NCBI GenBank assembly: GCA_051313645.2 | Contig: JBNRSN020000010.1 | Span: 131,006,001-131,070,000, forward strand | DNA from: Centroscyllium fabricii | Taxonomy: Eukaryota | Direction: 5' to 3' | DNA length: 64,000 nucleotides | Shown here: positions 1 to 11,505 of the stretch, in pieces | Layout of the letters: every line of letters begins with the position of its first letter | Numbering within the stretch: the stretch's first letter is position 1 | Program-made: the position numbers and the translations under genes | Notes under the pieces: model-generated | Seen by the model: the letters and a program-made list of their open reading frames with translations, nothing else | Databases searched by the model: none | What the model was told of the DNA's origin: nothing

Positions 1-29
1 TCAGGGAGGAAGTACAAAATGCCCAGCAG
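1..29 (+). CDS. KTN1: Kinectin 1 coding exon, partial (5' end outside window); ..LREEVQNAQQ
   Basis: Open frame ending CAG|GTAATG donor, phase 0; resembles human KTN1 'LKEEIGNVQLEKAQQ' (recalled). Confidence 0.75.
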
Positions 30-348
30 GTAATGAATTGTCTCGATGTTTTGCATTTGACTCATAACGCAGCACAGGTTTCCAATAAGATGCATATTAA
101 AGGAGCCATGAGATACCAGAGCCTTGTGTCCTTGTGTGTACTAATGTGCTAAAAGAATGCGGCAGTTTAAACTGCATTTGGTGGTGTTGCCTCCATTAAA
201 AATTTTGGCAGGTAAATATTTTCTCAATCTCTGGTTTTGGAAGATTGTCTGCATTGATGTAAACTTGCATTTAAGAAAAAAAATTCTCCACTTGGTGACG
301 CAAGATTGCTATTCTGAATTTTGATACAACTTCATTCTGAATCCATAG

Positions 349-386
349 GTTTCTGCTACACCAAAACTGGAAGATCTTGAGAAACT
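349..386 (+). CDS. KTN1: KTN1 38-nt exon VSATPKLEDLEK(L)
   Basis: CATAG| acceptor, |GTAAGT donor, phase 0 to 2; joins the next exon in frame. Confidence 0.85.
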
Positions 387-467
387 GTAAGTATTTTTTC
401 AGTATGTTGAAGCATTAGTTGATCAAGAATATAGCTTCTCTGACTTCAGTTTTCTTTTTGTTTAAAG

Positions 468-558
468 AATTAAAATGCAAGAACAAGAAATTAAATCCTT
501 GGAAACTACATTGGTAAACAGTACAGAAGCAGCTGCCAGCAAAATGACTGATATTCAG
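468..558 (+). CDS. KTN1: KTN1 91-nt exon IKMQEQEIKSLETTLVNSTEAAASKMTDIQ
   Basis: Polypyrimidine tract + AAAG| acceptor, CAG|GTAACC donor, phase 2 to 0, coiled-coil-like composition. Confidence 0.85.
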
Positions 559-1637
559 GTAACCCAAATTCATCATGGCAGAATTAGTGACTGTCTAGTT
601 TTGGCTTCTAAATCGATTCTTTAAAAAGAAACTAGAAAGCAGGACAGAACAAAATCGCTTTTTTACAGTTACCTTTTGTTTCTTCTTCCGTGTTCTCATC
701 GGAAGTGATAGAGCAGGTGACCTGGTGTCAGGCACCACCCGTCTCATTCAACTGGCATGCAGTTACGTGAGATTACCTCAGCACGACCTTGTTTCCTGTA
801 CGGAGCATCTGGGCATCATTCTAATCTCAGTGAGGCTGAGAGTGGGAACTTCTGAGCAGGAAATTTGTCGGTGCAAACCCATGTCGCACCTCTGACACAG
901 TGACTGGTGCTTCGGTGTGCTGCATCACCACATTCTTCATTCATTATGCTGCTTTTATAAAAAATAAAAAATAAAAATCTCCAAGGTTTCTTTAATGTTG
1001 GACCATCTAAAAACTATATAAACTTGTTTATGCATTCTTAAATTGATATTTTATAATCAAGAATTTATATTCCCCCTTTAAATTTTTACTCAGGCTTGCA
1101 ATAGAATATGATTTATCAAACAAAGCTTTTTGTTCTGGCTGTCGTTGGCATGGTGTCAATTTATAGTGTCTTGCACAAATACTTTGTACTAATTAAACTA
1201 TGTTGAAGGGTGTAAATATTAAAGCCATTACAGTACAAACATAGCTCAATTTATTTTGTTCTCAATGATATTTACATATTTGTGTCCAATATAGTTCAGG
1301 CATCATACTTTTCATTTGGCACTTCCATTGTGCATGTGAAGCCCACCCTTGTGAAACTTTTATTGGTCACTCCAGTACACCTGGAAACAAATTATGTTAT
1401 GTATGTATTCTTCTGTGTTGACCGAATAATTCCAGATATAGTTGAGTTTAGATATTGCCATGTTTACAGCCTAAAGTGCGTAGTCACCATGCACATGTCT
1501 TCTATCCTGCCTGCTTGAAGAACTTAGCCTCAAAATATTGTAAAGGTTATTATTGTTAGTTCTTGAGTTTCTTGTGTGCATTTCGCTAGGAATTTTTGTA
1601 TTGCTTTCGGTTGAAATTTTTTTTTTTGTTTTAAAAG

Positions 1638-1706
1638 GGTGTTCTGCAGGAAAATGATGAATTGAAATTGCAGATTCACCATTTAGATTTTGAAATCAGT
1701 AAGCAA
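1638..1706 (+). CDS. KTN1: KTN1 69-nt exon GVLQENDELKLQIHHLDFEISKQ
   Basis: Poly-T + AAAAG| acceptor, |GTAAGT donor, 23 open codons. Confidence 0.85.
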
Positions 1707-3295
1707 GTAAGTAACTGCAGTTACTCTTGAGTTTGTGTGACAGTCTCTGATTCTACTAATTAACGGAATACAAAGCTATATGGTCAGTTTTATTAATTAC
1801 TGTTCTACAATGATTAGAGTCTTATCACTTCCAGATCTCCCCAGCACTCTTCTCTAGTTAATTCAGCACCAGTCACTAATTCAGTATTCTCTGTATTCTT
1901 TTAACCTAATACTGATCTATGTTGAGTTTTATCTGGTGTAACTTTACCTACTCGCAGCTTTTTTTGCCCTCCTCTCAGTGACTAATTTGATTGCAGATTT
2001 TGGAGATAAAAAGGCAGTTTTCAGGTTTTTGTTATCTCTGCTTTTGCTTTTTTTAAATCATAAACTGTACCAAATAATAAATATGTACAAGTATAGGTAT
2101 TTTATGATTTTTTTTTTAACCAATAGCAGATGTGGCAAACTTTCCTTTTTAGTGCACTTTTATAAAAACTTAAAAATAAAGTAGTACATCTAGAGGCAAG
2201 GCATTGTATATCCTTACTGTGGATCAGAGAGTTCTGTAAGGAGATAACTGCACTTATTCTTTCATTTCCAATTCATCAAATTCTTTCCCCTTCATCTTCG
2301 TCGTCTTGGCCATTATTGTTGTGAAGGCAAAATCTTAATCATCTGGGGAAAATGAGTCACCTGGGAATTTCTCATTCCCTTGTAAAGAGACTAAACCAAG
2401 CTTTTGATGTTGAAAAGGTTCCCAATGTCGTAGCCTGTTGGGTAGGCATAAACAAGAACAGATAATAGGATTCCACTTCAATGTATCGGAACCGAAGTAT
2501 TAGATACAACTTCGCCGGACATTTCATTCCAACCATGTAGATCAGTCCACATACTGCTACTTGAGCACGGCTCGACATACTTTGGCTAACCCTTGATTGT
2601 AGTCAAATAGGTTGCTCCTTTATCAATGTATAGTACTTTGGAAGAATTGCCAGTACTAACTGGAGAATAAATTATCACCCCACAATAATAAAAATAATTT
2701 CAAATATTCTGCAACAACTGATGATGTTTTAAGTTTTCAGAGCAGAATGGCCTGGGTATGTCTGAAACATTAAGCTGAGTTTTTTTTTAGGTTCTTGTGC
2801 ATAAGTTTTTTTTGTGCCAACTTTCTCTATTCCTGAAAGCATTGATTCCTTGCTTGGGTATAGTGCTTGTTAATATCTCACCTAAGTGACCATTCTTTAT
2901 ATGTGAGCCTTGGTAAAGTATGTTGGCAGTTATTCATCATGGGATTCCGCACAGAATAGCTTAATCCTATCTTCCCCTGATTTCCCCCACATGTACATAT
3001 TTCAGCAGGAATTACTATATAATGATCAAGAGTGAAAACTAGGCTGGAGACTTCACCAAAATTGGTTTGCCTTTATGCCTTAGATAACACTGCCTTAAAA
3101 TCTCATCCCGTATATTATATATATATGTAACTAAAGATTTTGCGATTGCTGTTGAATTGATTAGTTCACCAACTAAACTTTGCAACCTGTAAATTATGCT
3201 CACTTTTTTTTGCCCTTCATAGTATGTAGAATTTTACTAGAGTAAATCACTTGGTAGAATCCAATTTTGAGATAATTGGTCTTATGTTTGTTTAG

Positions 3296-3333
3296 GCTGA
3301 TTCGGTATTCATGGTGGCAGAACTGCAGGAAAC
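3296..3333 (+). CDS. KTN1: KTN1 38-nt exon ADSVFMVAELQE(T)
   Basis: TTTAG| acceptor, |GTAAGT donor, same size and phase as 349-386. Confidence 0.85.
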
Positions 3334-3417
3334 GTAAGTACCCTGTACTATATTAAAACAATTCAAGAAAACTGTTTGAAGTCACGTGGTTACCAACAGT
3401 TATTTCTACTGCTACAG

Positions 3418-3508
3418 TCTTGCTGAGAAGGATAGAAAGATCAAGCAAGTTGAAGACCAGTTGGAAAAGGAGTTGCTTAAATTAGTAAACAATGAGCAAA
3501 GAATTCAG
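3418..3508 (+). CDS. KTN1: KTN1 91-nt exon LAEKDRKIKQVEDQLEKELLKLVNNEQRIQ
   Basis: TACAG| acceptor, CAG|GTATTT donor; close to human KTN1 'IHEKDGKIKSVEELLEAELLKVANKEKTVQ' (recalled). Confidence 0.92.
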
Positions 3509-3581
3509 GTATTTGAATTTTTTTCTTCTTGATTTAACATCTATCTTGTTACTGTGCAGTGCTGTACTCGTGCCATGAAGT

Positions 3582-3982
3582 CGTCTTCTTGGGCAGTCCC
3601 TCGGAATCGAGGATGACTTGCTTCCAAATGAGTTCGCAGGTGACTGAGTCCAATGCGGGACCTACAGTCTGTCGCAGGTGGGGCAGAAGGTGGTTGAACG
3701 GGTGGGTGGGTGGGTGGGTGCTTGGGTTGATGTGCGCTGCCTGCGCTTGGCTTCCGCTTGCTCCCGGCGAAGAGACTGTGTTCGGCGCCTTCCTCCGCTT
3801 TGTGCGGTCTTGGGCCAGGGCCAGGGATTGCCAGGTGTCGGTGGGGATGTTACACACTTTCAAGGAGGCTTTGAGGGTGACCTTGCAGCGTTTCCTCTGC
3901 CCACCTGGGGCTCTCTTGCCGTGCCGGAGCTCCGAGTAGAGCGCTTGTTTTGGGAGTCTCGTATTGGGCATGCAGACATGCG
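3582..3982 (-). mobile_element. RTE-clade LINE, 5'-truncated 3' end with 10-bp TSD
   Basis: Minus-strand peptide MPNTRLPKQALYSELRHGKRAPGGQRKR..TLKASLK typical of the RTE ORF C-terminus; GCCATGAAGT duplicated at 3572-3581 and 3983-3992. Confidence 0.85.
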
Positions 3983-4075
3983 GCCATGAAGTGATAATGG
4001 GCTGGTTAACAGGTTGTGTATGTTTCACTGTGGTTCATTTATGACAATTCGTACAATACTGTCTATTTTTCAAAG

Positions 4076-4144
4076 GAGTTGCAAGAAGGACATGACTTGC
4101 TCAAGAAACAAGTAGAAAATGTCCAGCTTCAAAAAGCGGAGCAG
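4076..4144 (+). CDS. KTN1: KTN1 69-nt exon ELQEGHDLLKKQVENVQLQKAEQ
   Basis: AAAG| acceptor, CAG|GTAATT donor; resembles human '..GNVQLEKAQQ'. Confidence 0.9.
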
Positions 4145-4259
4145 GTAATTAGACTATTATGAAATTTGCTTTCTTGGTGTTTATATTTAGCACGGCAAGG
4201 CTTTTGGCAAATTCATAGAGGCTTTGTAATAGTCTTAAGTTTGCTCCTCTCGCCCTATG

Positions 4260-4550
4260 TCTCTGCTTGCACCTTCTGCCCTTGTGATTCTGTCTGCCTC
4301 CTCCCTCAGCTTCATCATCAGTGGTGAACCTCTAGTTATTGCACTCCTAAATTTTGTAATTCCCTCTGGACCGTTCTAGCTTGCGACATCACTCTCCGTC
4401 CCAGCTTGCGACATCACTCTCCGCTATCAAAAGTTACCACGAAGCCTATCTTTGACCATCAGCCACTTCTATGTTCACTCACTTGGGAAGGGCTTTGGGG
4501 ATGTTTTGTTATTTTAGAATGGTATATAAGTGTCAATTGCTGCTGTTGTT
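4260..4550 (+). mobile_element. Old L2-type LINE 3' end
   Basis: Ends ..GCTTTGGGGATGTTTTG..TATATAAGTGTCAATTGCTGCTGTTGTT, like the L2-type tail near 27385. Confidence 0.45.
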
Positions 4551-4915
4551 TCATTCCTTAGGATACCGACACACCAGTTCAAATTGCCCTTTATGAAAAA
4601 GCTGACACAGAGCATGATACCTTTACTTTATCCTCCTAAAGTAGAACCCAGAAAACCACATATCTAGATGGGCTTTATTCTGTAGAAAAATGATTACTGA
4701 TCTACTTAATAAATTCTATTTATCTAAAAAGCTTCTAATTTGGAATCCGAATAATCAATTTTCTTTGCAATGTTCTACTTCTCTTCTAAGCCAGCTCCAA
4801 AAAATAACTTCTTCTGATTTTTGTTTTAAAAAGAGGTTCTTTTTGCAGTATTTCTCTATTGCTGCCAATATCAGGCCATGCATACTAAGTGAAATAAGCA
4901 TAAACTAGACATACT

Positions 4916-5335
4916 GGCCCAAAATTTGCTGAAAAAGTAATGGTGTGTGAGCAGCGCACGCCGTTATTAATGTGCAAATCAGCCAGCAACTTGTAGCGAT
5001 GAAGCGATTCGCAATTCATTGAGGGATCTCTTACTCGCTGCAGGTTGCTGGCCGATTTGTGCCGCTTCACGAAAACAGCATCTGGCCCTTCACCTCCCTC
5101 TGATTTTTATGAAGTTGCTGCATTTGCTCATTAATTGTCCCTTAAACATGCCACAAAGTTTAACAGCGTTAAGTAGCATTTTAACGAGGTGGAAAGTGTT
5201 GATGGCAAATCAAGCTGCCTGGCGAAGAAAGTGAACAATTAAGTGTGGCGTCTGATTCCTTCAGGTTATTGGAGATGTAAAAAAAAGTCATTTTAAATTT
5301 ACTTTTTTTTCTCACTTTTCCTTTTCTGTCTGTCT

Positions 5336-5391
<56 letters not shown>

Positions 5392-5678
5392 CTAACCTTC
5401 CTTTCCCTTTTTTAATTTTTTTGTACCTGATTTGACGTTGAATTCACCCACTCTAATTCACCCTGCTTCTCGGTCCTTCCTCTGTTTATTTCTCAATCCG
5501 TAAATCTCATTGGTTAAGGAGATACACTGTTTGTCCCAATGTTCACCAAGGTCCCAGATGCCCTGTTGCCCTGGCTATTAGCTCACAATTCCAACAACTT
5601 TGTGGGCAAACATTTTTAAAACCTAAACGTGCACAAACAAGTTTGACTGACTGGGCACGCTCCAGCAAAACCTGAACC
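4916..5678. mobile_element. Degenerate Harbinger-like non-autonomous element containing a (TC)n tract
   Basis: Left end GGCCCAAAATTTGCTG resembles the ends of 27836/39654; right end CAGCAAAACCTGAACC is a decayed inverse; TSD not clear. Confidence 0.4.
5339..5388. repeat. (TC)n microsatellite
   Basis: About 25 TC units seen directly. Confidence 0.95.
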
Positions 5679-6031
5679 ATACCGTGGTGTTTTTCATTCT
5701 TTAGCATGGGTGATACCTTCAGCTACTTACGAATACTTTGTCATTCTTGTCCAAATCTAAGAAAAAGTGAAATTTTTCATTGTTTTATTCATCAGCATAT
5801 GTTACTGAATTTTCAGAAACCTGTATTGGGGTCTGTTATTTCATGTATATTGTATTAAAATAAACGTGAATAGCTCATATTTTAAATGATTTTCGTGATG
5901 TAAAATCTTGATCTGCGTGACATGCAGGTTAATAATGCTGTTTAAATTCTTGATGGAATTCTTTGGAGTTTGGACGTAAATGTATTTGTATCTTTCAAAA
6001 TCACTCCATTTTTTCCCAGAAAGTTGCAATA

Positions 6032-6741
6032 CAGGTTGAAGTACGTTAATCCGGCATGGGAGGGACCAGGCCCGTACCGGACAAGTGATAATCCCGAACG
6101 ATTGAAGTTTCGGCGAGCGCATGTGCAAACCATTCAAACTGGCTGCCGGCCTGGTCTGCGCATGCGCTGATCGTTCGGGGAAACCTGCAGCGGCCAGGCA
6201 CACGGAGGCTCGCAGCGGCCAGGCACACGGAGGCTCGCAGCGGCCAGGCACACGGAGGCTCGCAGCGGCCAGGCACACGGAGGCTCGCAGCGGCCAGGCA
6301 CACGGAGGCTCGCAGCGGCCAGGCACACGGAGGCTCGCAGCGGCCAGGCACACGGAGGCTCGCAGCGGCCAGGCACACGGAGGCTCGCAGCGGCCAGGCA
6401 CACGGAGGCTCGCAGCGGCCAGGCACACGGAAGCTCGCAGCGGCCAGGCTCACTGAGGCTCGCAGCGGCCAGGCTCGGGAGACCCGCAGCGGCCAGGCTC
6501 GGGAGGCTCGCAGCGGCCAGGCTCACGGAGGCTCGCAGCGGCCAGGCTCGGCTCGGGATCGGCTCAGCCATTGTGAATGATCTGCGCATGCGCTTGCTGT
6601 TCAGCGGCGCATGCGCAGATCATTCGCCGAAGCATCGATCGCGGTGGCCATTTTGCGCATGCGCAGGGCAGTCGGGGAAATTATTGCCGGACGTTCGAAG
6701 TTGCCGGTTTTTCGGGTGCCGGATCAACGAAGTTCAACCTG
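6032..6741 (+). mobile_element. pogo/Tigger-like (Tc1/mariner superfamily) MITE with internal minisatellite
   Basis: TA|CAGGTTGAAGTACGTTAATCCGGCA ... TGCCGGATCAACGAAGTTCAACCTG|TA: 25-bp TIRs (22/25 match) and TA TSD. Confidence 0.88.
6187..6550. repeat. GC-rich 25-bp minisatellite (GCAGCGGCCAGGCACACGGAGGCTC)n
   Basis: About 9 perfect copies followed by about 5-6 progressively divergent copies. Confidence 0.95.
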
Positions 6742-6873
6742 TATTAGCAAAATATTTTTTAGCTTGTAAAACATTTTGAGGACAATTATTTTCTGGCCTA
6801 GAAAGACTGTCCATTTTATAAAATTGTATTTAAACATGTATTTTGTCTATTTTGTGAATTTTTACATCTTTAG

Positions 6874-6914
6874 GTTTCCACTAAAACAAATCTGAAAGAA
6901 GATTCCCAAGTTAT
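6874..6914 (+). CDS. KTN1: KTN1 41-nt exon VSTKTNLKEDSQV(I)
   Basis: TTTAG| acceptor, |GTAAGT donor, phase 0 to 2 (38-nt type plus one codon). Confidence 0.82.
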
Positions 6915-6996
6915 GTAAGTACACTTCAAAATTGTTTAAAAAAAAAAGTTTTCTTTAAATAATGCGCAGGTTATCTGACCTTGATTTTACTTGCAG

Positions 6997-7087
6997 ACTT
7001 GAAACAAAAGAACAAGAAATTAATAAGTTGCAGGCTACACTGACAGATAGTAGAGAAACAGTTGCTAGCTATGTGACAAAATTGCAG
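6997..7087 (+). CDS. KTN1: KTN1 91-nt exon LETKEQEINKLQATLTDSRETVASYVTKLQ
   Basis: TTGCAG| acceptor, CAG|GTAATA donor, phase 2 to 0. Confidence 0.88.
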
Positions 7088-7190
7088 GTAATATGAGTAC
7101 TGTTCACTATGACTGAATTTTATAGTATATAAGCTATGATTTCGTTTGTAGCTCAAACTAAAATCCCCTTTTACTTTTTAAAAAAAAAAG

Positions 7191-7259
7191 GATCTTCAAC
7201 ATCAAAACGCAGTCCTGAAAAATCAGATTCGGCAGTTGTACGATAAAACCAATGAACAG
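7191..7259 (+). CDS. KTN1: KTN1 69-nt exon DLQHQNAVLKNQIRQLYDKTNEQ
   Basis: AG| after an A-run, CAG|GTATGG donor; resembles human 'DVQDENKLFKSQIEQLKQQNYQQ'. Confidence 0.85.
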
Positions 7260-7692
7260 GTATGGCTTTAGTCAAGATGGTTCGCTTTATTAATCTCCCT
7301 TGTGTATCTTTTATAACTTTATGTTTACGCAGTGTCATTGGAGCATTGAGAATCTTTAAGTATGATATTTCCATCTTACCTAACTATAATGGCTGATAGT
7401 TTTAAGACGTCAACATTTTGTAATCAAATCTGAGAATTTTTTTGAACAAAAGAATGTAACCGTGTTCGTTTTTACACCACTTGATATTGAAATTTCCAAG
7501 TATGACAGAAGTATAGCGCTCTGCACAGGGTCTCTGGATCCTCCATGTTGCTGAGGTAATAAACTTAATTGGGAATGTTATTCAAATTGACATAAAACCA
7601 TTGACTGGCCAAGATCTTTTAATGCCCATGCTATCTCAATCCCACGCGTCCAAAGAAGAATGTTTCTCTCTCTTTAAAGTTCTCTACTCTGG

Positions 7693-8487
7693 ACATAACA
7701 TAAGAAATAGGAGCAGGAGTAGGCCATTTGACCCCTTGAGCCTGCTCTGCCATTCAGTAAGACCATGGCTGATCTGATCTTGGCTTCAACTATACTTCCC
7801 TGCACGCTCCCCATAACCCTTGACTCCCTTATCGTTCAAAAATCTGTATCTCTCCACCTTTAAATATATTCATTGACCCGGCCTCCACAGCTCTCTGGGG
7901 TAGAGAATTCCACAGATTCTCTGGGGTAGAGAATTCTGTGGGCAGCACGGTGGCATAGTGGTTAGCACTGTTGCCTCACAGCACTAGGGGCCCGGGTTCA
8001 AATCTGGCCTCGGGTGACTATCTGTGTGGAGTTTGCACATTCTCCCCGTGTCTGCGTGGGTTTCCTCCGGGTGCTCCGGTTTTCTCCCACGGTCCAAAGA
8101 TGTGCGGGTTAGGTTGATTGGCCATGATAAATTGACCCTTAGTGTTAGGGTGATTAAATATGTGGGGTTACAGGGATAGGGTGGGATATGTGTCGGTGCA
8201 GGTTCGATGGGCCGAAATGGCCTCTATCTGCACTGTAGGGATTCTATGATTCACGACCTGCTGAGAGAAGAAATTCCTCATCTCCATTTTAAATGGGCAA
8301 CCCCTTGTTCTGAAATTATGCCCCCTAGTTCTAGATTCCCCCACAAGGAGAAACATCCTCTACTGCATCTACCTTGTCAAGCCCCTCAGCATCTTATGTT
8401 TCAATAAGCTCACCTCTCATTCTTCTAAACTCCAATGAGTACTGGCCCAACCTGCTCAACCTTTCTTCATAAGACAACCCCTTCATG
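7693..8487 (-). mobile_element. CR1 LINE 3' fragment interrupted by a SINE
   Basis: CR1 3'UTR (AACATAAGAAATAGGAGCAGGAGTAGGCC) and ORF2 C-terminal peptide GESRTRGHNFRTRG..RNFFSQ on the minus strand. Confidence 0.85.
7940..8252 (+). mobile_element. tRNA-derived V-SINE (HE1-like elasmobranch SINE)
   Basis: A box TGGCATAGTGG, B box GGTTCAAATC, V-like core TGTGTGGAGTTTGCACATTCTCCCCGTGTCTGCGTGGGTTTCCTCCGGGTGCTCCGG, CR1-type tail GATTCTATGATTC; two more near-identical copies in the window. Confidence 0.88.
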
Positions 8488-8598
8488 AGAACATAAGAAG
8501 TAGGAGCAGGAGTCGGCCATACGGCCCCTCGGGCCTGCTCCGCCATTGAATAAGATCATGGCTGATCCGAACTTAGACTCACGTCCACTTTCCTGCCC

Positions 8599-8629
<31 letters not shown>

Positions 8630-10000
8630 ACCCATAACCCCGTATTCCCTTATCAGCTAGGAAACTATCTCCGTTTTAAATTTATTTAATGTCACAACTG
8701 CCACAGCTCTCTTGAGGTAGCAAATTCCATCGATTTACTACCCTCTGAGTGAAGAAGTTTCTCCATCTCAGTTTTGAAAGGGCATCCCCTTATTCTAAGA
8801 TTATGCCCCCTAGTTCTAGTCTCACCCATCAGTGGAAACATGCTCACCGCATCCACCCGATCAAGCCCCCTCACAATCTTCTATATTTCAATAAGATTGC
8901 CTCTCACTCTTCTGAACTCCAATGAATAGAGGCCCAACCTACTCCACCTTTCCTCAAAAGTCAACCCCCTCATCTCCAGAATTAATCTAGTAAACCTTCT
9001 CTAAACTGCCTCCAATGCAAATATATCCCTCCTTAAATAAGGAGACCAAAACTGCATGCAGTATTCCAGGTGTGGTCTCACCAATGCCCTGTACAGTTGT
9101 AGCAGGACATCCCTACTTTTATACTCCATCCCCCTTGCAATAAAGGCCAACATTCCATTTGCGTTCCTAATTACTTGCTGTACCTGCATGCTAACTTTGT
9201 GTTTCATGTACAAGGACCCCCAGATCCCTCTGTACTACAGCATTTTGTAATCTCTCCATTTAAATAATAATTTGCTTTTTTATTTTTCCTACCAAAGTGG
9301 ATAACTTCACATTTTCCCACATTATATTCCATCTGCTAAATTTTTGCCCACTCACTTAATCTATCTATATCCCTTTGTGTCCTCTTCACAACTTGCTTTC
9401 CCACCTATCTTTGTATCATCAGCAAATTTGGCTACATTACACTCTGTCCCTTTATCCAAGTCATTAATATAGATTGTAAATAGTTGAGGCCCCAGCACTG
9501 ATCCCTGTGGCATCCCACTAGTTACAGTTTGCCAACCGGAAAATGACCCATTTATCCCGACTCTCTTTTCTGTTAGTTAGCCAATCCTCTATGCTAATAT
9601 ATTACCCCCAACCCTGTGAGCTCTTATCTTGTGTAGGAACCTTTTATGTGGCACCTTATCGAATGTGTTCTGGAAATCCAAATACATTACATCTACTGGT
9701 TCCCCTTTTAGCCACCCTGCTCATTACATCCTCAAAGAACTCGAGTAAATTTGTCACACACATGATATCCCTTTCATAAAACTGCTTGATATTGTATTAT
9801 GATATTCTAAATGTCCTGCTATTACTTCCTTAATAATGGACTCCAGCATTTTCCCAATGACATGTTTCCTGCTTTCTGTCTTCCCTCCTTTCTTAAATAG
9901 AGGCATTACATTTGCAGTTTTCCAATCTGCTGGGACCTCTCCAGATTCCAGGGAATTTTGGTAGATTGCTACCAATGCATTCACTATCGCTGCAGCCATT
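8488..10000 (-). mobile_element. CR1 LINE fragment (RT to 3' end), degenerate
   Basis: Peptides ANGMLAFIARGMEYKSRDVLLQLYRALVRPHLEYC and VPADWKTANVMPLFKKG; poly-C near 8599-8633. Confidence 0.9.
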
Positions 10001-10317
10001 CTGGACATATATGCCCACAAAACAGCATGCTGCTCTGAACTTGTACACCTCTTAACTGGCAACCCCAAAGTGCTAATTTATTCTCTTATAAGTACCACGT
10101 GATGGAACTGTATGGTGACTTTACAAAATCTTTATTTTTCATGAATAAAAGTTTATTTAAAAATATTGTTCATTCGAGCATGACCATAGGCAGTTTATTT
10201 GCAGGCTATGTCTTGTATCAAATATTTGTTCTGATATGAAAGTTGCTGACTTGCTACTGTGGTGGTATGTATAACTTTGGGTTTTGATTATAAAGCACTT
10301 TTATTCCCTTGAAACAG

Positions 10318-10355
10318 GACTCTGCACTGCTCAAGAGTGAAGTACTGCTGAATGT
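10318..10355 (+). CDS. KTN1: KTN1 38-nt exon DSALLKSEVLLN(V)
   Basis: AACAG| acceptor, |GTAAGT donor; supplies the phase required by exon 13972. Confidence 0.82.
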
Positions 10356-10573
10356 GTAAGTGAACCATAAGAGACAATTTTACTTTATCCTGTTTCAGAG
10401 CAATTTTTATTTCCATAATGTTAACTTGGCACGATCAGTTAAGAATCACAGTTTTCAATAGCTGCCTTCTCGGACCCTGGCTTAATTTTCCACTTGGCTC
10501 ATGCGTAAATTAAACTATGTCCTACTTAATAATGCTCTACTTCATTACACAAATATATTGTGCTATTAGTTTG

Positions 10574-11505
10574 CAGGGTGCTACAAAAACATATTTTTTT
10601 CACTTGTCCAGTCGGGCAAATGGATTTCTAAAACACTTGCCCGAACACAAATTTTATTTGCCCGAAATTTTTAAAGAAATAAATAAAGATTTTACATTTT
10701 TATTAAAATGCTTCAATATAAAGCCATAGATTGATTGTGCCTTTAGTTGCATTGGCCCAGTTTCTACCCCTCTCTGCCAGGGCCCCTCTCTCTGCGCTGA
10801 GTGGGCTCCCTCACTCTCCCCGCCTACCTTCGTCCAGCAGCCGCTCCGGTTTTTTCTCTCCCTCTCAGCGGGTCGACGGCACCGACCCACTCTTGTCGCG
10901 CGCCACCAGCCCGCTCCACCTAACCCGACTGCTGCCCCATCCCCTGATTGACACGCCGCCTCCTCCAATCCCCGCCGTGTCATCAGGCCCCGCCAGCCAA
11001 TCTGCACCCACCTCCAGGGCGGGATCCACCCACCCGTGCCCGTGGCCTCGATCATCGAGCGGGCAAGTGGTTTTGTCGTGCCCTGTACTGTCCCCGGATT
11101 CGGTCTCTGGGTGTCGTTGTCCCTGAACCTCACAAAGGGATTGAACCCGGTGCTCGGACAGTCCCAGCTGCCTGGAGGAGCAGGAATCCCAGCGCCTCTC
11201 AAAGGGTCCCAACCCGAGATGTCGACTTCACACCTCTCTCCACCGATGCTGTCCGGCCTGCCGAGACCCCCCCCCCCCCAGCATTTTCTGCTGTTATTAC
11301 CGACCCACTGTTGCCGTGTTCTACCAGCTCACTCCACCTAACGTGATTGCTGCCCCGTCCCCTGATTGACACGCCGCCTCCTCCAATCCCTGCCGCGCCG
11401 CCCGGCCCCGCCGGCCAATCCGCACCCACCTCCATGTCGGGATCCACCGCACTTGCCCGGTCGGCGCATTTTGCTTGCCCGGGCAAGCGGTTTTGTCGCG
11501 CCCTG
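10574..11505. mobile_element. Non-autonomous hAT-like DNA transposon with 5-bp TSD and duplicated right end
   Basis: CAGGGTGCTACAAAAAC ... GGTTTTGTCGCGCCCTG TIRs; GTTTG on both sides; about 205-bp direct repeat 10881-11085 / 11299-11505. Confidence 0.75.

Noticed and set aside
5841-6589. Repetitive 111-195 aa ORFs (RCEPPCAWPLRASVCLAAASLRVPG)n and a CRISPR-like look
   Set aside because: Products of a stop-free 25-bp minisatellite inside a MITE; units are contiguous with no unique spacers, and the DNA is vertebrate intron
7940-8010. tRNA-like sequence with A and B boxes (also at 47773 and 49837)
   Set aside because: These are SINE heads continuing into a V-type core and LINE-derived tail, not tRNA genes
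11195-11230. Hammerhead ribozyme in the Penelope-like tail
   Set aside because: The CTGANGA core is absent and GAAA reads GAGA; other CTGANGA hits I checked lack the needed stems
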